A stretch of DNA of 64,000 nt from Octopus sinensis (Eukaryota). Of this stretch, positions 1-13,266 are shown piece after piece. The stretch covers positions 13,454,001 to 13,518,000 of the forward strand of contig NC_043006.1 of the NCBI RefSeq assembly GCF_006345805.1, given 5' to 3'. The translations under genes were made by a program, and so were the position numbers. The notes below the pieces were generated by a model. It was given only the letters and a program-made list of their open reading frames with translations, ran no database searches and had not been told where the DNA came from. Each line of letters starts with the position of its first letter. Position 1 is the first letter of the stretch.

Positions 1-106
1 ATTCTTACTATCACACACATTGCACCAAATCAGGAATTATTAGATGATGCTTCCAGGGCGGTCAGCAAGTTCTTACACTCCAGTAATCAAAATCTGAAAT
101 ACCTTG
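1..106 (+). CDS. AP4E1: AP4E1 exon (partial at window edge)
   Basis: ILTITHIAPNQELLDDASRAVSKFLHSSNQNLKYL(G); donor G|GTAAGT at 107. Confidence 0.9.
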
Positions 107-1527
107 GTAAGTGTTAAGAGAATTTGATTTTGTATTAGTACTGTATGAAGTTTATTTATATTTCCTTATTGAACCACAACAACTCAGGGTCTAGTACAAG
201 GGACATTGTTTTATCCCTTCTTCTATAAAAACCCCTTCTTCTTCATCTTCTTCTTCTTCTTCTTCTTCTTTCCCTTCTTCTTCTTTTCCTCCTCCTCCTC
301 CTCATCATTTTCATCATCATTATCATTCTTCATTCTCATCATCATCATCATCATCATTCTCATCATCATTCTCATCATCATCATCATTCTCATCATCATC
401 ATCATTCTCATCATCATCATCATCATTCTCATCATCATCATTCTCATCATCATCATCATTCATCATTCTCATCAGCATTATCATTCATCATCATCATCAT
501 CATCATCATTCTCATCATCATTCTCATCATCATCATTCTCATCATCATTCATCATTCATCATTCTCATCATCATCATCATTCTCATCATCATCATCATCA
601 TCATCATCATTCTCATCATCATCATTCTCATCATCATCATCATTCATTATTCTCATCAGCATTATCATTCATCATCATCCTCATCATCATCATCATCACT
701 ATAATGTTATTCCACTTTGAAATATTCTCTCATTGGCAGGAATGAAGTCACTCACTGCACTGGTGATCGTTGCACCTAAGTATGCTGTAGAATATCAAAT
801 GATTATTATGGAATATCTTGAGAATCCTGATCCAGCAATCCAAAGAAAGGTATGTTATTATTTACAAGCTTTCATTAGTCATGGTCTGCGAGTAACGCTT
901 AACTGTGAAGCCTTGACAGAGACATTATCTATTTTAAGGCGGCGAGTTGGCAGAATCGTTAACACGCCGGGCGAAATGCTTAGCGGTATTTCTCCTGTCG
1001 TTACGTTCTGAGTTCAAATTCCGCCGAGGTCAACTTTGCCTTTCATCCTTTCGGGGTTGATAAATTAAGTACCAGTTATGCACTGGGATCGATGTAATCG
1101 ACTTAATCCATTTGTCTGTCCTTGTTTATCCCCTTTATGTTTATCCCCTTGTGGGCAATAAAGAAATAAGAAACATTATCTATCCTATATGCAACATTTG
1201 TTTCTACAGAATGCAATTGAAGACATAATCTAATATCAATACAATGTCGTATTGTAAGACAGTTGATAAATGATATCAATTGTAATATATATATGTATAT
1301 TACATTGATAATATTTCTCTTTAAGTGAAAGGTAAATCGTATGATGCTTGTGTATGAACAGCTCTACTCCATGGTAGTAAAAGAACAAGAGTGGGATGAA
1401 GGCTGTATGCTCTGCTGGATGTGCAGCATCAGTGTACATGAACGACAAAGTGCAAGTATGTTGAGAATAAAAATGGGCATAAGAGGAATCAAATAGAGCA
1501 TTATTATTATTATTATTATTATTATTA

Positions 1528-1594
<67 letters not shown>

Positions 1595-4500
1595 CGTTAT
1601 TATTATTATTATTTTTTTTTTAATGATATTTTTTGTAAATAATTGTTTTCTGACTTTCAGACTCTAGAATTGATGTACCAAATTGCCAACCCTGCTAACA
1701 TTAAAGTAATAAGTCAACATCTGCTAAAGTATATCTCCAAAGCAAGTCATGATCCATTTTGGCAAGCTGATATTGTCGCCAAATTGTTCAGCCTGGTGGA
1801 GAAATATCCTTTTCACTTTTGAAGATGTCTCAGTCTTCAGCAAACTTCTTTGCAATCCGTTTTTTTTTTAAAAGTTCAATTCCAGATTCAAGTGTCATTT
1901 TATATCATGTATCATGTACATCAATAATGCTTTTACAAAAGAGGTGGAAAAAGTGTTACACAAAGGCATTTCTGTTTCCTTTCTAAATGCCAGAACTATT
2001 GACAGAGTCAGTAAAGTATCTCTTATTATAAAAGGCAGATTTTATCTGCCTCCCTTTGTAACTTATAGAAATCTACAATATAGGATTTCTTCAATTACAA
2101 TTTACCTAGCATTTTTAAGAGTAGAATGCATCGGGTCATGCCAGGTCCAGTTTTTAAAATTTAAACTCCAATTAAGCAAAATTTACAGAAAACTCACATT
2201 CTGGTGTGTATGTCAAATGTTTTTCTTAATGTGGTTTACACCACACGCAAACGCACACACACACAAAGGGAGCGAATTGTTTCACTGACGCTATCACCCT
2301 TCTCCTCCTTTGTCTTTGCAAGTTTGCAGCTATTAAAGTGAAAACAATGAATCCGACAGCGATAAAGAAAACAAATTGGTACCTGAATGGAGTGAAAATT
2401 TAAAAACTGTTTCTTTCGGTGATTTTTCTGAAGAAACTGCACCAAGCCACAGACTTTCCCAGAAGAGTAAAGCCTTAGACTATTTCTATTTACTTTTTCA
2501 AATGAGCCCATTTGAAATCATTACGGCAGAAACGAAACGTTACGCTAAACGTAAACAAAACGAAAGAAAGGATAGTTTGTTATTTCCCACAACCTTAATG
2601 AAATTAAGGCCTATTTTGCCATAAATATTATTATGGGTATCAGAAAGTTACCCAGAATAACAAATTCTATCGTAAAATTTTGTTGTATACCCAATTGAAT
2701 ATTAGCTAATAACCCATTTTCTATAGCGATGTTTGAACAAAATTTTAATAATTTTATATATTGTTGAATTTACCTGTATCTACCTGCAATTAGAGTCACT
2801 TTGTGACAAAAATTATAGTATAGAATTGGTTGAGGACATTTCATTAAATTATCTTCCAAAATTCACGTTAATATATTGAAAAATAAAAAAGTTATTGTTG
2901 TTTAATGAAACCAGACTAAATTTATGATTACGTTAGAAATTAATTGAAACACATAAGGGGTGTATTTTGGTCAGAAATATAGTAACGAAAGGGTTAAGAA
3001 AAACCAAAAAATATTTTATTCTTTATAAATGTTGTATTCAAAATAACATTTTCTTTTAAGAATGTGTATATAACAAAGTATGTGTATATAACTACGTGAC
3101 TTATATCTTTATATATAAGAGTGAAGTTGTGTGTCTGTCTCCTACGATTTACATTCCTAACTACTCCCACATTTTGCGGTGCAGTGTAACCAAAACCGGG
3201 TATCTTATAGTCATGAGTCATATCGAGCCCTTCTGGGTATTAGCGCGCGTCTACGATGAGTCTACGATTTAAAAAAATTTACTATCATATTTTTCCATTT
3301 TAATGCATTTTTTCGCTATTATATAAGGGAAGTAACTCTCTAAAAATATCTACGATGTGTCAACGATTTAAAAAGAAATTTACCTTAATTTTTTTTCCAT
3401 TTTTAATGCATTTTTTTCCTACTTTTTTGGCTATAACTCTCTAAAAATGCATATATAGTTATTTCCCTTACAAACCCGAGCAACGCCGGGCGATACTGCT
3501 AGTCTATATATATAAGCAGCAAAATGTCTGTGTGTGTGTGTGTGCGTGTCCTTTATACAAATCCACAATTTTTCAGTTAGAGGGCTCGCACTTTCTATGG
3601 TCATTCAAAACCGTCCAAGGGTGGTCGTGCACATCTTTACATTTCCCCAGTCACCCCGCAAAGCCATTAAAAAATCAATAGAAGTGACTTTTTTGTGAAA
3701 TTTCTATCCAAAACCCAATCAAAATGCCCGAAACTTGATACGCCAATTGAATGCCAGCTAGCTGTATGTGATTGGTCAGAGATTTGGACAGTACTCGCGT
3801 CTATGTGCATACGCACGCAGCTGTATATGCATGCACTAGCACTATGACCCGGCGTTGCCGGGCCATAGTTCTAGTTAGACTGATAAAATATTTTGTGGGA
3901 TTTGCTTATAATCTTTTGCACTCTGAGTTCAAATCCCATCGGAGTGGACTTTGCTGCTCTACTTCAAGGATCACTAAAGGCAGTACCCAGTGGCGTAGCT
4001 AGGGTAAAGCTGCTAAAATGTGCCCCACCTCCACCACGACCACTATAAAATCTACGATATTATATAGTACTTAATTGTTACAAGTAATTAATTGTTTTAA
4101 GGCAATATTTTAGGAATAAGTACATTACTAGGGTTCATTTACCTGCTGGTTCAGTCCAGCCTGTAATTCAAAATATATTTTTTGAAGGTTTACTTCTGCG
4201 AAACCTCCCTATTTTAGGCATTTAAATGCACCAGCTTCGCCAGTTGAAACATTAAAAAACCCAATGCGTGAAATGAGATGTAATAAAAAAAATACAATTG
4301 TTTAAAGTCTCTTCTTTCTTGCGTTTGATGAGGTACCCCTGCTTCAATTGGCACCTGGATCATATGCACACTCCCCCATTACGCAGCTGGTAGTACCACA
4401 TGAATACTGACAAGACTGTCTGTATAATCAATTGTTTCTCCTACCAATTTGTTACCTTGACAGAAACCATTTTTAAGGGCGAAAGGCTTAGCGGTATTTT

Positions 4501-7401
4501 GTCTGTCGCTACGTTCTGAGTTCAAATTCCGCCGAGGTCGACTTTGCCTTTCATCCTTTCAGGGTCGATTAAATAAGTACCAGTTTCGCACTGGGGTCGA
4601 TGTAATCGACTTAAACCCTTTGTCTGTCCTTGTTTGTCCTCTCTGTGTTTAGCCCCTTGTGGGTAGTAAAGAAATAGGTTTTTCATCTGCTGCTGCGTTC
4701 TGAGTTCAAATTCCGCCGAGGTTAACTTTGCCTTTCATCCTTTCGGAGTCGATAAATTAAGTACCAGTTACGCACTGGGGTCAATATAATCGACATAATC
4801 CCTTTGTCTGTCCCCTCTATGTTTAGCCCCTTGTGGGCAATAAAGAAATAAGAAACGTTAGCATAGCACACCAGGCGAAATGCTTAGCGGTATTTAATCT
4901 GCCGCTACTTTCTGAGTTCAAATTCCGCCGAGGTCAATTTTGCTTTTCATCCTTTCAGGGTCGATAAATTAAGTACCAGTTACTCACTGAGGTCAATGTA
5001 ATCGACTTAATCTGTTTGTCTGCTCTTGTTTGTCCCCTCTATGTTTAGCCCCTTGTGGGCAATAAAGAAATAAGAAACCATTTTTAACTAAATATATATA
5101 TATATCAAGAATACTTAACGGAATCATCCTATAACTATAACATCAATACAATGAGGCTTACAAAGTGAATGTTGTTTTTTTTTATGAAAATATCAATATT
5201 TTAAATTCCTTGACCTCTTTTTACACTATCAAGCTGTGATAAATGGTATGTTGACACGATTAATAAATTATTAGAAGTTACCAAAGGAAATATTCCCAAT
5301 GAGATTGTCTACAGACTTCTAAATGTAATTGACAATGGTGAGTATATCTTTTATCTTTTACTTGTATCAGTCTGTTGAAAGCAGCCATGTTAGGGCACCA
5401 CCGTGAAGGGTTTTTTTTAGTTGAGCAAATTGAACCTAGGACCTATTTTTTTAACCTTAGTATTTATTTTATCAGACTCTTTTGCCGAACCACTAAGTTA
5501 GGGGTACGTAAACACATCAACACCAGCTGTCAAGTGGTAATGGTGGGCAAACACAAATGCAAAGACACACACACATGTATATGATAGAATTCTTTCCGTT
5601 TCCAAATCTGCTTACAATGCTTTAGTTGACCTTAGTCTATAGTAGAAGACATTTGACCTGGGTGCCATGCAGTGGGACTGAACTCAGAACCATGTGGTTG
5701 GGAAGCAAGCTTGTTAACACACAGTCACACCTGCTCATGTGTATATATAGTTTTAGTTACCAAAATCCCTGAAGTGCTGCCATCTGCTCCAGATATGAAA
5801 TAGCTAAAAAATATTCTGTAATATAAGCAAGATTGTCATCGTCGTCATCACCATCGTGATTGTTTTAATGTTCTCTTTTCCATGTTTGCATGGTTCAAAT
5901 GGAATTTTTGGGGACAGGTTTTCTATGTCCATATGCTCTTCTTGTAGCCAGACATGTTTCTTCATGGAAGATTAGAGATAGAACCGTGTTTGTATGACAG
6001 GATTCATTTACAACCACCACATGGTATGTAGACAAGAAATTGGGGCTGGTGAAGCATTAGAAATTCTCCAACTACCATTTCTGACTCATTCTGGAGGTAT
6101 GGCAATGATTCAAATCCTGCTGCCACACATGGTCTTCTAGCAGCACCCTCTCCAGCCACAGTTTGACAACAGTCTCCAGCAGCTTCATATAGCCATCTGA
6201 ATTGAGCCTAAGGCCTTGCTCAAAGGTGTAGGATGGCATATTACCCTCAATGGAGACTCACCCAAAGACCCACACATTTTGTGAGAACTTGGTTTCGTGA
6301 TGTCCATACCATGTCTTACAATCTTTACAGTGTTCACAGAACATCGAGCGGCAGTCATGATGTCAGCATTATGATAATAATAATAATGAGATTATTGTAT
6401 ACAGTGCTCAGGTGCACCACAACTTGTCAGAAAGTGCGTATAAAGCATATGCAGTAATGTACAAATGTCTGGAAAGCGAACAATGTATGAGTCAAATACA
6501 TGCTTGCATGTATTTATGGAGGGTAGAAAATCAGGTGTAGTGTTAGCGATACCCAGTGCAAATCATCGTGATACTAGTAATTCTTTTCCAGTATTCAGAT
6601 GGCTTCCAGCCTTTCATGTTAGCTAACTTCTTCTTAACCACAACTTTAATCTCTATGCTCACCAACACCATTGACTGTTCACCAATATAGCAAGCTGTTC
6701 CTGAAAACAGGAAACATAGAAAAAAATTATCAAACACCCTGTAGTTATACAACAGTGATCTCATTCTCGCCCACAACATCATAAGCGGGAAGTGTAACCT
6801 CTCGAAAGAGCTGTTCTTCACTCCTGCTCTGGAGCGTCGGCTGCGGGGTCATTCCGAAAAGCTCTACCTGCGACGATTTCATCTCAATCGAAGGAGAGGA
6901 GCTTTCTCCGTCCGGGTTGCGGATCCGTGGAACAAGCTGCCAGACGAGATGGTGAAGATGCCGACGACCGCTTTGTTCAAAGCCTCCCTGGACCTCAAGT
7001 GGCCTGAACTCTTTACATGAACACCACCCTGTACTTAACTCCATGTCCCCCTACATGCCCTTGCTATTTGCTTTTGAGCCAAATTAACTAACTAACTAAC
7101 TAACAGTAGTTCTCCATCTTCTGTTGCTCAGCACTCAATTTCACTGAATGGCATTTTACAAATGCTTTGTCAAGAAAAAAAAGTCAATTGAAAGCTCTTT
7201 TACTTGTTTCAGTCATTTGACTGCGGCCATGCTGGAGCACCACCTTTAGTCGACCAAATCGACCCCAGGTCTTATTCTTTGTAAGCCCAGTACTTATTCT
7301 ATCGGTCTCGTTTGCCGAACCGCTAAATTACGGGGACGTAAACACACCAGCATCAGTTGTCAAGCGATGTTAGGGTAACAAACACAGACACACAAACATA
7401 T

Positions 7402-7434
<33 letters not shown>

Positions 7435-10400
7435 CATACATATACATATATACGACGAGCTTCTTTCAGTTTCCGTCTACCAAATCCACTCACAAGGCTT
7501 TGGTCGGCCCGAGGCTATAGTAGAAGACATTTGCCCAAGGTGCCATGCAGTGGGACTGAAACCTGGAACCATGTGGTTGGTAAGCAAGCTACTTACCACA
7601 CAGCCACTCTGGGTGTTTTTTTAAATCCAACCACAGTTAATTTTGTGCAGCAGTGGTTTATTATTTATAATTTCTTATTCTGTTCAGGATGTGTCACTTT
7701 TTATATGCTTTGTGGACTAGAGCTCCTGATGCTAACTTTTGTAAGGAAATTACTAAATAAGCCAAGGGTTTATATAATGAAATTATGTTTGTTCATGGTG
7801 CATGTTCCTGATCAGTAATAACACAATCTCCTACTCATATTTTAATCATATGTATATGTGTGTATTTATGATGGGCTTCCACGCAGTTTCCTTCTACTAA
7901 ATCTACTTGCAAGTTTTTTGGTTAACCCAGAACTTGTTCAATGTGCTGCAGAATGAGACTGAACCCAAAACCACATGGTTAGAAAGCAAACTTAACCAAA
8001 CAACCACCATTGCACTGATCCTTTCTGCTATAGGCACAAGGCCTGAAATTTTGTGTGAGGAGTCTAGATGACTTATACTTATTTTATTGACCCTTGAAAG
8101 GATAAAAGTTCACCTTCGAAGACCTTAAACTCAGAACGTAAAGCCAGAAGTGCCACTAAGCATTTCGTCCAGCATGCTAACAATTCTGCCAGCTCACCAC
8201 CTACATCATCATCATCATCATCAGCATCATCATCATCATCATCTAACATCTGTTTTCCTTGCTGACATGGGTTGGACGGTTTGACAGGGGCTGGTTCAGA
8301 TAGAAGACTGCACCAATGTCTGTTTTGGTAGGGGTTTTTATGGTTGGATGCCTTTCCTAACACCCAACCACCTTGCAGAGTGCACTAACAATCCATAAAC
8401 AAAAGTAGCAAAGAAGAAAGACCCTATTATTAAAAATGAAACCTAAGCACAATTCAACCCCATTCATATCCGTCTGTTATTTCTTGCAGCTTCTAAGAAG
8501 GACAAGGAATTTTCTCATTACATGTTCACATGTTACATGGAATACCTTCAGAAAGAGTCACTTCCCAACACCATTATTCAGGTGGCAGTCTGGGTAAGAT
8601 CCTACAATTTTTACAACACTTTTTACGTCTTTTTACCTTTCCTTTTTGTTTTTGTCCTTCTCTCTTCCATCTGCTTTCTATTCTTTCCCCCTTTCTCTTT
8701 TTTCCCCCTTCTCTTCCTACCATTCTTTCTTTCTTATCTTCCTTCAATCTTTTCCCTCTTTCCTGTCTTTCTCTCTTTCAGTCCATTCCTTTCCTTCCTT
8801 CCTTCTTTTCTTCTTTCCTCCCTTCCTTCATTCTTTTCTTTCTTTTTTCTTCCATTCTTTCTTCAACTCCTTCCTTCCTCCATTCTTTCTTTTCTTTCTT
8901 TTTCTTCAATTCTTTCTTCGATCTCTTCCTTCCTCCCTTCTTTTTCTTTTCTTTCTTTTTCCTTCCAATTCTTTCTTCAATCTCTTCTTTCCCCTCCTTC
9001 CTCCCTTCCTTCCTTATTCTTTTCTTTCTTTTTCCTTCCTTCTTTTCTTCCTTTCTCCCTTCCTTCATTCTTTCTTTTCTTTCCTTTTCCTTCCAATTCT
9101 TTCTTCAATCTCTTCCTTCCTTTTTCCATTCCTTCATTCTTTTTCTTTTTCATTCCATTCTTTCTTCAATCTCTTCCTTCCTTTTTCCATTCCTTCATTC
9201 TTTTTCTTTTCATTCCATTCCTTCTTCAATCTCTTCCTTCCTTCATTCTTTCTTTTCATTCTTGTATCTTTTCTTATCCTCTGTCTTCCCTCCTTTCTCA
9301 AGAAAAAAAAAAAAAATCAGAATGCAAATGAGAAGAACCCACTTATCTGAGAACCCTATCCCCTTCTTTTTCCAGGTGATCAGTGAGAACCCTTGTGAAG
9401 TTAGTAAGTCATTGCCAACTACGGATATTGTCAGTATTTTGTTGTCTCATTTCTGTAACAAAACCACTTCTGATGAAAGCCGCTGCTGGATATGGACAGC
9501 AATGACTAAAATAATACACACCTTGGATCATGAATCTACCCTTTTGGCCCTTAATTCTCTTGATGTTGCTGGTATAAATATGTCTTCAGAAACGAACCAA
9601 GTAAGAACAAATTCTATTATTTCTGTAAGAACCCATCTCTAACCATCTCTCACTCTCCCATGCACCCTTCCAAACACTACCCATTCACTCACACTCCCTG
9701 ATCCCCTGTCCCCACTCATTTTTACTTTCTTTGTATCATGGCAGTTCACCCTGACACTTCATCGACATTATTCTTATCTCTGGCCTGTTCCACCCTGACC
9801 ACTCACATCTTATCATATAATAATCATCATCATCGTCATCATCATCGTTTAACGTCTACTTTCCATGCTAGCATGGGTTTGACGATTTTGACAGGGCTGG
9901 CGAACCAGATGTTTGCACCAGGCTCCAATCTTAAAAAGGGTGTTAGACAGGTGGAGTTTGAAAAGGCTCTCAGAGTTATTGTTTGTAAGATGGTTAATAA
10001 TTTTATGGGTGTCTACCAAGTCTGGCAGCTGACTTGGTAGACATCCATAAAATTATTAACCATCTTACAAACAATAACTCTGAGCACCTTTTCAAACTCC
10101 ACCTGTCTAACACCCGTGGACATGTTTACAAATCCAGAAAACAGCACAGCTCCCATGACTTTAGGAAACATTTTTTCACGCTAAGAGTTGCTGAAGCATG
10201 GAACAAACTGCTGGCATCAGTTGTTAGTTATCGGAGCACTGCATCCTTCAAAACTTCCATGCTTCCTGAGATTCGCCAACACTACACTTGATTTTCTCCC
10301 CTCCATACACACGCAAGCATGTATCTGACTCATACACTGTTCACACCCCAGACATTTGTACATTACTGCATATGCTTTATATGCACTTTTGACAAGTTGT

Positions 10401-12771
10401 GGTGCACCTGAGCACTGTGTGTATGCATGTCTGTGTTTGATTCCCACCACCATTACTTGACAACCGATGTTGGTGTGTTTACGTCTGTCAGCTAGCAGTT
10501 CGGCAAAGACGACCGATAGAATAAATTCTAGGCTTACAAAGAATAAGTCCTGCAGTCGATATCTTCAACTAAAAACCTATAAGGTGGTGCTCCAGCATGG
10601 CTGCTGTCGAATGACTGCAGTAAAAGAACTAGTAAAAGAATAAAGGAACAACCTAGCATGGCCCACAGACTTTGGGCTGAAATACATAAAAGAATGTGTA
10701 CGTAAAGGGAGGTAATTATCTTATTAGAGTAATGTCCCTTGAACTGTTGTAATTTCCTTCTGCAAATTGAAATCACCAGATTGATAATTGATTCATTTCG
10801 CAAAATAAAAAGGAAGTCAATATCATATTTCATGTTTAGTGGTTGGTGTTAGGAAGGGCATCCAGCTGTAGAAACTTTGCCAGATCAGATTGGAGTCTGG
10901 TACAGCTTGCCAGTCCGCAGTCAAACCGTCCAACCCATGCCAGCATGGAAAGCGTACATTAACCGATGACGATTATGATGATTATGAGAAATCTGTATGT
11001 TTGTTACAATCACTTGCTGAGACACACCCAAGGTCCTAAGGCGAGTGAAGGATAAGAGATGTTACGGTATGACTGAAAGCTTGGGGAAAAGAAGTGGCAG
11101 GGGCAGTAGCGAAATATCTTCATGTAATACAACACAGACATTTAAATTGATAGATTTTGTCCTAAGGATGCAGTACTTGTCAGCACAATCTTTTGGATTT
11201 CTTTGAGACATGGTTCTCCTGGGATATTATCTAGATGTTTCTGACATCCCCTTCTTATCATACTTAGGGCACCCACAATAACAGGAACAGTTCTCGCTTT
11301 AAGATGCCACATCTTTTGTATTTCAATTTCCAGATCCTTGTATTTTGAGTTTCTCCATTTCTTTTGGAGATACATTGTCATCTGTTTGGATTGATACATC
11401 AATTAGAAGGCATATTTTTCTTGATTTCTAACAACTATATCCAGTCTATTTGCCTTGATTTCTCTGTCTGTGTGCTTTGGCATATCCCAGAGTATGGTTG
11501 TGTTTTTCATTTTCTGAGACCTTTTCTAGGATATGTTTATACCATCTTTCTGTTGTCATTCCATAGTGTTAGTATAGTTTCCAGTGTATGTAGGTCCCAA
11601 CTCTGTCATATTTGTGGATATATTCCTTCTCAGCCAGGATTGGGCAGTCAGAGATAATATCAAAAGCAAAATCAAATTCGATGACTGGCGTCAGTGCTAG
11701 CAGGGTGCAAAGAGCACCATACGAGTTTGATTATTGACAGCGGCTAACCGACTTCCATGCTAGTGACACTTAAGGGGCACCATTCGAACGTGATCGTTAC
11801 CAGCGTCACCTTACTGGCACCTGTGCCCATGCTAGTAGGATGCCAAGGGCATCATTCGAGCGTGATCATTACCAAAATCGCCTTCTGGCACCCGTGCTGG
11901 TGGCATGTATAAAAAGATTCGAGCGAGGTCGTTGCCAGTACCGCCTGACTGGCCCCCGTGCCGGTGGCACGTAAAGAGCACCCACTACACTCACGGAGTG
12001 GTTGGCGTTAGGAAGGGCATCCAGCTGTAGAAACTCTGCCAGATCAAGACTGGAGCCTGGTGCAGCCATCTGGTTCGCCAGCCCTCAGTCAAAATCGTCC
12101 AACCCATGCTAGCATGGAAAGCGGACGTTAAACGATGATGATGATGATGATGTATCTTATCCTTTCGGAGTTGATAACAAAGTACAAGTTAAGTACTTGT
12201 GTCAACGGTGTCTGCTAGTAACTTGCCCTTAAAATTTCAGGCCTTGAGCCTACAGGAGAAAGGACGACGACGATGACTACTACTACTGCTACGACTGCTG
12301 CTGCTGCTACTGCCACTACTACTACTACTCTTACTGCTGCCACTACTACTCCTACTGCCACTACTACTACTATTACTTCTACTGCTACTACTACTCCTAC
12401 TGCTGCTATTACTGCTACTGCTACTCTTACTGCTGCTACTGCCACTACTACTGCTGCTGCTGCTACTACTGCCACTACTACTACTCCTACTGCTACTACT
12501 ACTGCCACTACTACTACTACTACTACTGCTCCTACTACTACCACTACTACTACTGCTGCTATTACTGCTACTACTATTACTGCTGCTACTGCCACTACCA
12601 CTACTACTACTGCTGCTACTACTACTACTACTACTACTCCTACTGCTCCTACTACTACCACCACTACCACTACTACTACTACTACTGCCACTGCTACTAC
12701 TACTACTACTACTACTCCTACTGCTCCTACTACTACCACCACTACCACTACTACTACTACTGCCACTGCTG

Positions 12772-12812
<41 letters not shown>

Positions 12813-13220
12813 GTTTGTAATCTTTTGCTACCAATTCTAGTCTAGCGTTTTTTATTCTCTTTCAGCGGTTTCAAGAAGTGAAACGACTGACTTCTTTCTA
12901 CTTCAATCAGAATTCAAATTCGGAACCGGGCATGACCTTCCATGTGAATCAAGCTTTTACCAGTGAAGTAAGTGAAGCTTCATTATTTATTTGTCTTTTG
13001 CTTTTTTTTTTTTGCACTTATTTCTGTGATTGGACCGTGGCCATGCTGGAGCATTGCTTTGTAAACTTTAGTTGAATAAATTGACACCAGTAATTAATTT
13101 TTTTTTTCTTAAAGTTTGGTACATATTCTGTCAGTGTCTATTGCTAAGTTATGGGACTGTAAACAAACCAACACTAGTTGTCAAGCAGCTGGGGGGACAA
13201 GCACAAATTACACACACACA

Positions 13221-13266
<46 letters not shown>

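Larger units (their letters stand above)
1804..5224 (+). other. U12-dependent (minor spliceosome) AT-AC intron
   Basis: 5' splice site ATATCCTTT at 1804; branch point TTCCTTGAC at 5206-5214 with the branch A 11 nt from the end; terminal AC at 5223-5224; splicing restores the frame (AA+A = Lys). Confidence 0.9.

Noticed and set aside
206-745. Long low-complexity ORFs (also 8522-9642, 12215-12845, 15912-16445, 35722-36460, 49250-49993, 50595-51342)
   Set aside because: They are translations of microsatellites; only the parts coinciding with AP4E1 exons are real
3988-4390. hAT-like MITE (CAGTGGCGTAGCTAG left end); similar CAGTGGTTCCC start at 60300 and Tc1-like left end at 45483
   Set aside because: The matching right TIR and TSD could not be established
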